Counted from the first letter of the stretch, positions 8,021 to 16,419 are shown. The stretch is DNA of 64,000 nt from an uncultured Acidobacteriota bacterium (GCA_963788645.1 CAWBHF010000021.1:3410-67409), one strand, 5' to 3'. Made by a program: numbers and translations. Notes: generated by a model from the letters alone, not told the origin.

Positions 8021-8893
8021 CTATTGGGAAACAGGTTTTTGACCGACCGGAATCGCTTTTGCTTCTGAGGGCGTGAGGCGAGACCGATCACAATAACCGT
8101 AGCCCTTTAGGCAGGCCGTGTAGTTCCGTTGTTGCTCAGCCTCGGCCAGCATTTTGGATTCGGTCGCCGTCAGTTTTGAGTAGTCGCAGGTTTCCTGACC
8201 GCTCCTGCACTCGGAGATGTTACGCCGGTGGTCGGCGACGGTTGCTTGATTGGCTTCCAACGGCGTGAGCTTGGAGCGGTCGCACTCGTCCCAGCCATTC
8301 ACACAATTCTGCGCGTTGCGTTGGTGTTCCGCCGCGACCACCTCACTTGTTTCCGAATCAGTGAGTTTGGAATGGTCGCAAAGTCCGACTCCGTTCTTGC
8401 AGTCGGATACATTGAGTTGGCGCCTGGCTATATCCACAGCCCCGGCTTCCGATGCGCTCAGGTTGGAGCGATCGCAGGCACCTACTCCATCCTTGCAGTC
8501 GACGAGGTTGCGCTGATGTGCCGCGACCGAGGATTCACGAGCCTCGGACTGAGTCAATCGTGAAGGGTCACACGAAGCTATGCCGTCTTTGCAATCGGTC
8601 ACGTTACGCTGGTGATCGGCTACGGCCAGCGCATTCGCTTGCGGTTGCGTGAGTTTCGAATGGTCACAGGGATCGAAGCCGTTTCTGCAATTCGAAACGT
8701 TGCGCTCGCGATTGGTGACGTCCACTTCGGCCATTTGCGACGGGCTCAACTTCGAGCGATCGCAAGCCTCTCGGCCAGCCTGGCAGGCCGCCAGGTTTTG
8801 CGCGAGATCGGACGACTGTGCCAATGAAAAAGCTGGCCAGAAAACCAGACAGGCTAATAGCACCCGAAGACACCTACGTAATTTGACTGACAT
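8021..8893 (-). CDS. Secreted Cys-rich protein built from eight tandem ~32-aa repeats
   Basis: ORF 8021-8983. The Met at 8893 starts the signal peptide MSVKLRRCLRVLLACLVFWPAFSLAQS. The repeat motif is C-x2-G-x3-CD-x-S-(K/R/N)-L-(T/S)-x2-(E/Q)-x10-(Q/R)RN-x3-C. Confidence 0.8.
   Translation of the reverse strand: MSVKLRRCLRVLLACLVFWPAFSLAQSSDLAQNLAACQAGREACDRSKLSPSQMAEVDVTNRERNVSNCRNGFDPCDHSKLTQPQANALAVADHQRNVTDCKDGIASCDPSRLTQSEARESSVAAHQRNLVDCKDGVGACDRSNLSASEAGAVDIARRQLNVSDCKNGVGLCDHSKLTDSETSEVVAAEHQRNAQNCVNGWDECDRSKLTPLEANQATVADHRRNISECRSGQETCDYSKLTATESKMLAEAEQQRNYTACLKGYGYCDRSRLTPSEAKAIPVGQKPVSQ
8045..8785 (-). repeat. Diverged ~96-bp tandem coding repeats (x8) inside the Cys-rich protein gene
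   Basis: The period is visible in the translated product: CQAGREACDRSKLS, CRNGFDPCDHSKLT, CKDGIASCDPSRLT, CKDGVGACDRSNLS, CKNGVGLCDHSKLT, CVNGWDECDRSKLT, CRSGQETCDYSKLT, CLKGYGYCDRSRLT. Confidence 0.8.
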
Positions 8894-8990
8894 ATGAACT
8901 TCACCTTTCAGGAGCTTTGCAATGCCGACCGAGACCGCGTCAGAGTCCCGGTCAGCCTGAAAACAACTTTCCCCCAAGCTCACAACCCTC

Positions 8991-9716
8991 TTACTTCTTG
9001 TCTGCTTTGTCTTCCTTAGCTTCGGCGATACGTGCCTGTTGGCCCGCTTCAGACACGGCCTTCAAGAAGGCTTCCACACTTTTCGGAGTTGGCCCCTTGC
9101 CTGAAAGGATGGTTCGAAATTCAACATGCTTGCCGTAAATCGCGCGAGTCGAGTCGTTGTCCTGCTCCACAACAGCACCTTCCAGCGTCAAGCCGGCGAA
9201 TACGCCTTTTGAACGCGAGTAGGTCAGCACTTCCGTGTTCATCTTCCAGTCAGTCCCGGCGGACGCATGACGGCCCACTGGGCCTGCCGCACCCGATGCT
9301 TCACCGGTGAGTTCGAACTTGCTGGACAACAGATGCTGGAAACCCTGCTCATTCATGACCAGCATGATCAGATCCACGCCTTCGACGCCGATCTGCAATC
9401 CCCAGCTACCACCGCCAACGGACACGAAGGCGGGCGCGCTCCAACCGGTCGATGTACGGCACGAGGCCACTCCGCGGCCGTGCTTGGCGCCAAAAATGAA
9501 GCCACCTTTAATCAAGTTCGGCACCACGAGGATGCACTTGGCGTCGTTCAGCACTTCTTCGGGAATACCCTTGTCCGGGGTCGACATAATCTCGCTAATA
9601 ACGTCCACCGACTTTTGCATACGCTCAACCGTATCGTCACGATTCGAGTCTGCAAATGCATAAGTTCCAACCAAACCCATCAAGCTCATCAGCAGCAGTG
9701 AAATTGTCTTTTTCAT
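8991..9716 (-). CDS. Lipid-binding SYLF (Ysc84/DUF500) domain protein, exported
   Basis: 241 aa with a signal peptide. AKCILVVPNLIKGGFIFGAKHGRGVASCR...GWSAPAFVSVGGGSWGLQIG...DLIMLVMN...GVFAGLTLEGAVV is characteristic of SYLF. Confidence 0.85.
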   Translation of the reverse strand: MKKTISLLLMSLMGLVGTYAFADSNRDDTVERMQKSVDVISEIMSTPDKGIPEEVLNDAKCILVVPNLIKGGFIFGAKHGRGVASCRTSTGWSAPAFVSVGGGSWGLQIGVEGVDLIMLVMNEQGFQHLLSSKFELTGEASGAAGPVGRHASAGTDWKMNTEVLTYSRSKGVFAGLTLEGAVVEQDNDSTRAIYGKHVEFRTILSGKGPTPKSVEAFLKAVSEAGQQARIAEAKEDKADKK

Positions 9717-10123
9717 GAATTCATTCCTTTAAGAGTTGCGGATCTAAGAAAGAGAACTTCAGATGGGCTGACTTAGCTCAGAGAACCTGAAAGAGAGAGA
9801 GAAAGTGCTCGTCTCTGGTTTTATGATCGCCCAGGTCCGAAACAATAGCTGATCTGAATTGCTCACTTTGGATTTTGCAGCCCAATCCCAAGATCGGCTT
9901 GACTGTCACCTTGCGGACGGACAGCTTTGGTGTAAGTTGAGCAATCTTGCACAGAATCGCTGCCCTGGATGTGTCATCGTGAGCCTGTCGAAAACGCGAA
10001 AGAGAAGGCCCCATCTTGCATGCTTTTCTGGTCCATCTTCGTACCTTGCGAGCCTTCCTTGCTGACTCGCTGGAGAACCTCTTGTCGACGAAAACATCCC
10101 GCGGCGAAGTCGGACCCGCGAGG

Positions 10124-10234
10124 ATGTGCCCGTTCTGCGGGTTAATCACTCCACGGTCCAAGCCATTCTGTTTGGAGTGCGGAAAGTCGTTCAGGGGAGC
10201 TCAACTGGCGCGGAGAGACGCAAGGCAAGGATAA
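10124..10234 (+). CDS. Possible 36-aa zinc-ribbon peptide
   Basis: Internal ATG of ORF 10016-10234: MCPFCGLITPRSKPFCLECGKSFRG... (two CxxC pairs). There is no clear RBS. Confidence 0.3.
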   Translation: MCPFCGLITPRSKPFCLECGKSFRGAQLARRDARQG

Positions 10235-10263
10235 ATTCGACAAATGAACCGAGGGAGATAAAT

Positions 10264-10410
10264 ATGCTTTGGACGATTTTCGTAGTGATTCTGATTCTAT
10301 GGCTTCTAGGTTTCAGCCTACACGTGGCCGGTGGTCTGATTCACCTGCTACTGGTTGTGGCATTGGTGGTCTTAGTCATTAACCTGATGAGCGGCCGCCG
10401 TATAGCGTGA
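10264..10410 (+). CDS. lmo0937-family small membrane protein
   Basis: MLWTIFVVILILWLLGFSLHVAGGLIHLLLVVALVVLVINLMSGRRIA. The RBS GAGGGAG lies upstream. This is the 3' part of ORF 10126-10410. Confidence 0.85.
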   Translation: MLWTIFVVILILWLLGFSLHVAGGLIHLLLVVALVVLVINLMSGRRIA

Positions 10411-10521
10411 AGACGGCTCGTAGCATCTGCGAGGAGCCGCGTTCACGTGGAAGGTGCTTCTTCTGAGTTTGAAGTCCTTTTCTTGTGGGACCGATCTCGT
10501 TCCAGCGGCAATCTCGTGAGG

Positions 10522-10734
10522 CTACTGCTTTTGCCCAGCCTCACGTAGCAAGCTCAAGATGTGCCGCGCCCGAGCGATAGCGTCCCGCTCTCTTCCATGA
10601 TTGCTAGGCGGCTTTGACAAAATTCGCGATCGAATGAGAATCGCGGCCTCTGCTTCCTCAATTCGCTGCAGCGACCTGCTCCGGTCACTCGAGGACGGCA
10701 GCCCGGTACAGCTTTTCCCAATCTTGCCTGACAT
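10522..10734 (-). CDS. Small hypothetical protein; paralogue of 5262-5516
   Basis: 70 aa. SLQRIEEAEAAILIRSRIL...RERDAIARARHILSLL parallels SERIAEAETALVTRAREL...VDDAMYALHALRSAL. Confidence 0.45.
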   Translation of the reverse strand: MSGKIGKSCTGLPSSSDRSRSLQRIEEAEAAILIRSRILSKPPSNHGRERDAIARARHILSLLREAGQKQ

Positions 10735-10821
10735 AACGCGAAGACTGGGCGTGATCGGCGTGGTCCCAATGAACCGGGTGCATAATTTAACCTCCGCGCT
10801 GGGCCGGTACGACAGAATGAA

Positions 10822-11037
10822 TTACTTAGCGTCTTTGCTCTTCGTGCTCTCGCCTCTTGGGTGATGGGCGCAAACATGCGATTTAAATTCCCGGTCGCGC
10901 CGCAGCTCAAAGTTCCGGATCATTTCACCGAAAGACGCGCCGGGGGCAGGGCCAGAAGGGTTGAAGACCCAGGCGCATTCGGAGCAACCCCAACCTCGAA
11001 AATGCTCTTGTTCAATCCATACCAGCTCCCGATTCAT
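10822..11037 (-). CDS. Small conserved hypothetical protein with GWGCSEC motif
   Basis: 71 aa: MNRELVWIEQEHFRGWGCSECAWVFNPSGP...FELRRDREFKSHVCAHHP. It is protein-like and has Cys/His ligands. No RBS is seen. Confidence 0.5.
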   Translation of the reverse strand: MNRELVWIEQEHFRGWGCSECAWVFNPSGPAPGASFGEMIRNFELRRDREFKSHVCAHHPRGESTKSKDAK

Positions 11038-11508
11038 GGGCCGCAGTTTCGCTGCGCCACAGCGTTGCCTGGCCGCATGCCGAGTAGGCGCTTGCGGTCA
11101 AAGGACGCAGCGTTCTCCTTTCGCGTGGCGTACTGCCTCACTGCAGAAGAAAACCGTCACCCAGTCCGGGCGCGGCAGAAGCATAAAGGCACGGATTGTA
11201 CATGCGCCGAGTAGGATGGTCTGTCGGGCAGACTACACATCGATTGAAGATTTTCGTTATTGCGGCGCGCCGGATTTCAGGGATTCGTTCGAAGCAGCGG
11301 AACCGCTTAACTGTTGGTTCAGGTCTGGTACATCTTGAAGCGGTCCGTATTGCTCAGTATCAGGGTCGTATCCTGAGTAGTCTTTATAAGTCTTCGAAAG
11401 GGGTTTCACCATGCCCTGCGAGAGTCCTACCCGGTTTTGTGCAGCATGACAGGCGAGTTCATCCCGCACTGGAGGGCGGTTCTGATCCTCGTCTCTTAAG
11501 GACGGCTT

Positions 11509-12258
11509 ATGGAAAACAAAGGGCTCCAAGTCGTGCAGTCTGGCGAGCGGACGAATAGCGAAGGAAAACCAGTCAGCAATCTGATTCTTCTATCGCTCTC
11601 CGATAGTGACTACAGCTCACTGCGTCCTCATCTCGAATACGTCAGTTTGCCTAACCATCTGGTTCTTCACGAGGGGAGTGGAAAGGTGGAATTCGCGTAT
11701 TTCCCGAATCGAGGTTTGATTTCTCTTGTTGTCGTAATGAAAGACGGGAGGACCGCCGAAGCCGGCATAGTCGGCAATGAGGGCTTTATCGGAACCCCGG
11801 CGGCTGTTGGCTTGAGCAGGAGCCCGCTTCAAGCGGTGGTACAAATCACGGGGGACGGGTTTCGGGTAGAGGTTGCAGCTTTGCAAGACACGTTGGAATC
11901 CACTCCACCCCTGCAATTGATGTTGAGCCGCTATGCAGTGGTTCAGGGAATGCAGGTTGCACAAACAGCCGCGTGTAATCGGCTGCACGATATTCAGCAA
12001 CGCCTTGCACGGTGGTTGCTAATGACACAAGACAGAGTGGATTCAGAGTCGCTGCCGATTACCCATGACTTTCTCGCAACCATGCTAGGGACAGATAGGC
12101 CTACCGTGAGCTTGGCAGCTGGTGCTTTGCAGAAGAAGAAGCTCATCGCGTACGCCCGTGGCGCGGTGAAGATCGTGAACCGCAAGAAACTTGAAGACTC
12201 CGCCTGCGAGTGCTACGGGATTACCCAACAGTACAACGGCGAGCTGGGATTGAAATAA
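11509..12258 (+). CDS. Crp/Fnr-family transcriptional regulator
   Basis: 249 aa. It has a cNMP-binding-like beta-barrel (VLHEGSGKVEFAYFPNRGLISLVVVMKDGRTAEAGIVGNEGFIG) and a C-terminal HTH (ITHDFLATMLGTDRPTVSLAAGALQKKKLI). Confidence 0.9.
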   Translation: MENKGLQVVQSGERTNSEGKPVSNLILLSLSDSDYSSLRPHLEYVSLPNHLVLHEGSGKVEFAYFPNRGLISLVVVMKDGRTAEAGIVGNEGFIGTPAAVGLSRSPLQAVVQITGDGFRVEVAALQDTLESTPPLQLMLSRYAVVQGMQVAQTAACNRLHDIQQRLARWLLMTQDRVDSESLPITHDFLATMLGTDRPTVSLAAGALQKKKLIAYARGAVKIVNRKKLEDSACECYGITQQYNGELGLK

Positions 12259-12383
12259 GTCCGCAGCTGAAGCCACCACCAATAAAACTCTACGTGCACC
12301 CTGTGGTTCGGCGGAGTCACAGAGCATCGCTTCTGGTCACGAACCGTGCCACTCTCGACCGCGATTTTCTTCAAAAGCAAAAG

Positions 12384-12399
12384 TGTGCACTTTTGAACA
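12384..12399 (+). promoter_or_regulatory. Box 1 of a 16-bp inverted repeat (TGTGCACTTTTGAACA), a Crp/Fnr-type operator candidate
   Basis: Fits TGT-N10-ACA. Exactly 21 nt later comes TATTAT (12421-12426). The geometry matches a class II activator site centred near -41.5. Confidence 0.5.
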
Positions 12400-12429
12400 G
12401 TCGTTCTGCTTTTGCCAATGTATTATTCG

Positions 12430-12562
12430 ACCCGTTCGACAGAGCAGTCATGGGTTGGTGTCGATTGACAGTGTCGACGTCGGACCCTCACGACGGCTCT
12501 ACTTTCTGTCCCCAAACGCGCGCGTCATCAGGCCGGACTCCCAAAGTCCGGCCCTTTTCTTC
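12430..12562 (+). ncRNA. Candidate small RNA, copy 1 (ends approximate)
   Basis: Lies downstream of the box 1 promoter and ends in the hairpin GGCCGGAC-TCCCAAA-GTCCGGCC (12531-12553) followed by CTTTTCTT. It is homologous to 15338-15474. The only shared ATG is not followed by a conserved ORF. Confidence 0.5.
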
Positions 12563-12714
12563 GGTTTGATGCTGCTTTCAGCTACCTGCTTACAAAACGG
12601 AAATCCTGAATTAGCGAATGTGATCAATACTGCGCAGACCGTGACGTATGCGCTTGTATAGAGTGCCGAGTGAACGTTGCACACTCAGGAATCAAAACGA
12701 AGAAGGGACAATCT

Positions 12715-13470
12715 ATGAAACTGCTTACGATTTCTTTGCTGGCTCTGTCGTTGTCGGGAATCGGCGCTTATGCCCAAACAGATATGGACGCTGTGAAGAT
12801 CACTCTTGGGACCGCGGACAAATTTGCGTTGCTGGGTGGCTCCGGCATCACCAACGTCAGCGCCCACACCTTCATAATCGGCGACGTTGGCAGCGCTCCG
12901 ACGCCCACAGTGAAAGGAATCAAGCCGTCCCAGGTGAAGGGCCAGCTATTCCTCAAGTCCAGTTCGGTAACGGCTGCGGCTCAGAGGGGTCTCACAACGG
13001 CATACAATGAAGCCGCGGGCGCGTCTTGTGGCACAGTCCTTACCGGCGTGAATCTGGGCGGAAAGAAGCTCATTCCCGGGGTTTACTGCTTTGCGACAGC
13101 CGCGCAATTGACTGGCACTCTGAAGCTGGACGCTCAGGGGAATTCCAACGCGCAATGGATCTTCCAGATCGGCACCACGCTGACCACCGCACCGAATTCC
13201 AAAGTTGTCGTGAATCTCGGCGGCAAGGGCGCAAGAGGATGCAATGTGTACTGGCAGGTTGGTTCCTCGGCGACGGTCGGAAAGGGTAGCATTTTCGTAG
13301 GAAAGATGATGGCCCTTACCAGCGTCACGCTGAACGGGGGCGTCCTTCGAGGCAAGGCACTGGCACGCAACGGTGCGATCTCAATTTCTGCCCAGGAGAC
13401 GGTTGACGGTCCTCCGTGTGGTAATGTGAGTGCCGCGGATAATGACGATATGGCTGCCTTAGAGAACTAA
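12715..13470 (+). CDS. Ice-binding-like (DUF3494) family secreted protein
   Basis: ORF 12670-13470; the Met at 12715 starts the signal peptide MKLLTISLLALSLSGIGAYAQ. Diagnostic segments are ADKFALLGGSGITNV...IGDVGS...LTTAYNEA...LGGKKLIPGVYCF...LTGTLKLDAQGNSNAQWIFQIGTTLTT...NVYWQVGSSATVG. Confidence 0.85.
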   Translation: MKLLTISLLALSLSGIGAYAQTDMDAVKITLGTADKFALLGGSGITNVSAHTFIIGDVGSAPTPTVKGIKPSQVKGQLFLKSSSVTAAAQRGLTTAYNEAAGASCGTVLTGVNLGGKKLIPGVYCFATAAQLTGTLKLDAQGNSNAQWIFQIGTTLTTAPNSKVVVNLGGKGARGCNVYWQVGSSATVGKGSIFVGKMMALTSVTLNGGVLRGKALARNGAISISAQETVDGPPCGNVSAADNDDMAALEN

Positions 13471-13519
13471 GGCGATTGATTATCAGTTTGGGCTGCCGCT
13501 CATCGGAGTGGGCTGTCGG

Positions 13520-14047
13520 TCAGAATTGAATAATCCCATCCCTAATGCTACTCCACACTCTCGGGGAATAATGTGCGTTCGTTTTGTCAATTTCGAGTAG
13601 AGGAGCATTGGCCGACGGCCGCCCATTCCCTGCCCGTGATCTGCCGTTGCGACGGAAGTGCACCGGAGCGCGCAGCTTTTCTGGTTGGCTCAGGGATGGC
13701 TTTACGTTCAGCACGAAGTGTAGGGTCGCCAGCAGGAAGTGAGCCCCATCTGACTTGGTCACGAGCGCGTCAACTGACCTGAAGGCATCATCCGGAACAT
13801 CACTATTCTCGGCAAGCATCACGATCGGGACCTGGGGGTTGACCTGCTTGATCTCAGCCGCGACGACCGATCCATCCGAGAGGCCCGGGTGATACTCGAT
13901 CACGATTGCATCCACCGGACGCGACATGAAAAGCTGCAGGCCATCGCGACCGTTGGTCGCGGTTACCAGCTCATACCCATTTTCCCGCAACAAATTGAGT
14001 TGGGCCGGCTCTGGGTGAATGCAGAGGACAGTGTTGTTGCTAGCCAT
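13520..14047 (-). CDS. Receiver-like (pseudo-receiver) domain protein
   Basis: 175 aa with a REC-like fold pattern. The acidic pocket reads CIHPEP instead of DD, and the phospho-acceptor position reads VDAIVIEYHPG (Glu instead of Asp). The conserved Lys is retained (ALVTKSDG). Confidence 0.7.
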   Translation of the reverse strand: MASNNTVLCIHPEPAQLNLLRENGYELVTATNGRDGLQLFMSRPVDAIVIEYHPGLSDGSVVAAEIKQVNPQVPIVMLAENSDVPDDAFRSVDALVTKSDGAHFLLATLHFVLNVKPSLSQPEKLRAPVHFRRNGRSRAGNGRPSANAPLLEIDKTNAHYSPRVWSSIRDGIIQF

Positions 14048-14132
14048 GTCGGTTAGGTATACAGGCCAGGCCGCACGCGGTTCTGTTCACAATTGCTCAT
14101 ATCTCGCAAAGCGATGCTGGTCAGACCTCGCA

Positions 14133-14360
14133 TCAGCCTCTCGACGTTCCCGCACGCGCACCGGCAATGGTAAGCGCAATCCCGCCGGCAATCAGCACCG
14201 CGCTGATGATTGGCGACACGCGTTCACTGTGACTGGTTTGCACGCCGATGTTCACATCGCCAGCTTTGATGCCATGCGTCTCGGTTTGGGGAACGGGCAC
14301 GATCAGGGATGCAATACCTAGGACAACCACGAGCAACCCGGCGAATAGCAGGATTTTCAT
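14133..14360 (-). CDS. Small two-TM membrane protein (DUF3185-like)
   Basis: ORF 14133-14375; the Met at 14360 gives MKILLFAGLLVVVLGIASLIVPVPQTETHGIKAGDVNIGV...ISAVLIAGGIALTIAG. Confidence 0.6.
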   Translation of the reverse strand: MKILLFAGLLVVVLGIASLIVPVPQTETHGIKAGDVNIGVQTSHSERVSPIISAVLIAGGIALTIAGARAGTSRG

Positions 14361-14383
14361 AAATGGTTCCTTCACAGCAGTAA

Positions 14384-15235
14384 TTACGCCGCTGACTTCC
14401 GCATGGCTTTCATGTAGCTGTCCATTGACTGGGTCAACTGGGCGTCCACCTCGTCCGCGATTGTCATGACGTCAGGTAACACCAGGCTGAAGTCCAGAGA
14501 TTCCAGATTGATCTGCAATGTTCCGAAGATCGTCACCTGGAGTATTCGCGATTCATGCACCAGCATCGCTGGAGTGTAGCCTTGCAGATATCGCAGCTTT
14601 CCATGAGCCACGGCCGCGGCGGAAAAGACAGCATCGCTGTCCTTGTCCGTCGCCCGGGGCTTGCCCAGGCGGAGCGCCAGGTCTTCAACCAGCTTGGGAA
14701 GATGTCCCGTGCGATCTTCATCGCTAAGCGAAATGCGGTTGAGTTCACTGCTCTGTTTTGCCCGCTTCAACCAGGTCTGAACGATTCCGGCACTGCACCG
14801 CAGCAGGATCGCGCCCACGCTCTCCTTGTCCACTCGTTTACCGGGTTTGCGATGTACCACCTTCTCTCGGACCAGATCGATGAACCGCCCGATTTCGAAT
14901 GGCTTTACGACGATTTCGTCCGCCTCTAATAGGATGGCTGCCATTGCGCTTTGCACGTCAGGGTAGCCGCTGACCAGCATGGTCAACGCATTCGGTTGGG
15001 AGTGGCGCATGGCTGAGACTACAGTAAATCCGTCGCCCGGGTTGGGCATGTGGAGGTCCGTGATGAGCACGTCAAAACTCTCAGTCGCGATTCTTCTCAG
15101 AGCTTCTGTCACGCTGGAGGCAGCAACTACTTCAAATCCCTTGCGTTCAAGCCCTTGGCTCATCATCGCAAGTACCGCGCTATCGTCATCTACCAGCAGC
15201 ACTCTATGCGCAGTGGGTGGATCGGTCGAAGTCAT
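14384..15235 (-). CDS. Response regulator (REC domain) with an uncharacterised C-terminal domain
   Basis: 283 aa. RVLLVDDDSAVL...FDVLITDLHMPNPGDGF...TMLVSGYPD...IVVKPF is a canonical receiver. The C-terminal ~150 aa have no recognised DNA-binding motif. Confidence 0.9.
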   Translation of the reverse strand: MTSTDPPTAHRVLLVDDDSAVLAMMSQGLERKGFEVVAASSVTEALRRIATESFDVLITDLHMPNPGDGFTVVSAMRHSQPNALTMLVSGYPDVQSAMAAILLEADEIVVKPFEIGRFIDLVREKVVHRKPGKRVDKESVGAILLRCSAGIVQTWLKRAKQSSELNRISLSDEDRTGHLPKLVEDLALRLGKPRATDKDSDAVFSAAAVAHGKLRYLQGYTPAMLVHESRILQVTIFGTLQINLESLDFSLVLPDVMTIADEVDAQLTQSMDSYMKAMRKSAA

Positions 15236-15291
15236 AGAGCACGCCTCTGGTCACGGATAGTGCCAGTCTAAAAGATCTTTGTTTTCAAAAC

Positions 15292-15307
15292 TGTGCAATT
15301 TTGAACA
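15292..15307 (+). promoter_or_regulatory. Box 2 of the 16-bp inverted repeat (TGTGCAATTTTGAACA)
   Basis: The arms TGTGCAA / TTGAACA are near-palindromic. 21 nt later comes TACCAT (15329-15334). Confidence 0.5.
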
Positions 15308-15337
15308 GTCGTCCTATTTTGGGCAACGTACCATTCC

Positions 15338-15474
15338 GCATGTTCGATCGAGCGGTCATGGGTTAGTGTCGGATCAATAGTGGCGACGTTCGGACCCTCA
15401 CGACTGCTCTACTTTCTGTACCCTGAACGCACGTTTGTTGTCAGGCCGGGCCTCCCTCAGGTCCGGCTTTTTTG
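15338..15474 (+). ncRNA. Candidate small RNA, copy 2 (ends approximate)
   Basis: Homologous to 12430-12562. It ends in GCCGGGCC-TCCCTCA-GGTCCGGC (15445-15467) followed by TTTTTT. The next gene is convergent, so this cannot be a 5' leader. Confidence 0.55.
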
Positions 15475-15571
15475 AGAACTCAACGCGACCCCGCCGTCCG
15501 ACACTGACGGCGTCAAGCCGACTTCGCCTCTCGAAGTTCAGATCGTACGTCTCAATGGAAGTATGCGAGAG

Positions 15572-16255
15572 CTAGTCGTGGAGAACAACGTTGAGCAGTG
15601 AACTGTGGACTTGCAATCCGCCTTCAATACCGCCGGCGTATTGAATGAAACCCAGTTTTCTGAATCGATTCATGAAAAAGCTAACCCGCGAACGCGTGGT
15701 TCCAACCATGTCTGCCAGCGTTTCCTGACTTATCTTGGGGACGACGGTCTCGGGCACACCTTCCTTGCCAAAATGAGCCAGCAATAGGAGAACGCGGGCC
15801 AGTCGTTTTTCACTAGAATTGAACAATTGATCAACCAGATCTTCTTCATAGCGGATGTTCCGCGACAGCAAATACGCCACGAACATATCGGAAAACGCAT
15901 GTTCGCGATGGAGGGCTTCCATCATTGCCTTCTTGTCGATACGCAGAAGCGCGCAATCGGTCATTGCAGCCGCGGAACCCATGCGCAGCGCCTGGCCTGC
16001 CAGCGCACCCTCCCCAAAGAAGTTTCCCTCACTCAGCATTCCTATGGTAGCTTCTCGGCCGGTCTGGGATACGACGGTGAGCTTCACCTTGCCGGCCTGG
16101 ATGTAGAAGACGGCGTCCGCCCCATCTCCCTGGGCGAAGATCGTTTGCTTCTTGCCGACAGCCACATTTTTCCTGCCATCGCCAATCGTTGCGAGAAAGG
16201 TGGTGGGATCGAACTCTCGCCTATTCTTGCCGTTCGTTGCTTTAGGAGGGCTCAT
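15572..16255 (-). CDS. Crp/Fnr-family transcriptional regulator
   Basis: 227 aa. IFAQGDGADAVFYIQAGKVKLTVVSQTGREATIGMLSEGNFFGEGAL is the cNMP-binding part. ISQETLADMVGTTRSRVSFFMNRFRKLGFI is the HTH. Confidence 0.9.
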   Translation of the reverse strand: MSPPKATNGKNRREFDPTTFLATIGDGRKNVAVGKKQTIFAQGDGADAVFYIQAGKVKLTVVSQTGREATIGMLSEGNFFGEGALAGQALRMGSAAAMTDCALLRIDKKAMMEALHREHAFSDMFVAYLLSRNIRYEEDLVDQLFNSSEKRLARVLLLLAHFGKEGVPETVVPKISQETLADMVGTTRSRVSFFMNRFRKLGFIQYAGGIEGGLQVHSSLLNVVLHD

Positions 16256-16419
16256 GTTAGTCGTAATTCTAGTCCAAAGGAACCGTTAATTGGCATAAAT
16301 CGTGCCTAAAGCCAGAGGCAATCTCTTTTTGGTCCGGGGTTCCAAAGTGAGCCATTCTGCTCAGTATTTCGCGAACAGATGGACGATTCTCAAGAGTTCG
16401 GGATCAAGTGGAGGCTTCT

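Noticed and set aside
9778-10161. 127-aa minus-strand ORF in the 400-bp gap between the SYLF gene and the lmo0937 gene
   Set aside because: It has no RBS and no recognisable motif, and it overlaps the zinc-ribbon ORF on the other strand. The sequence is not convincingly protein-like, so it is left unannotated.
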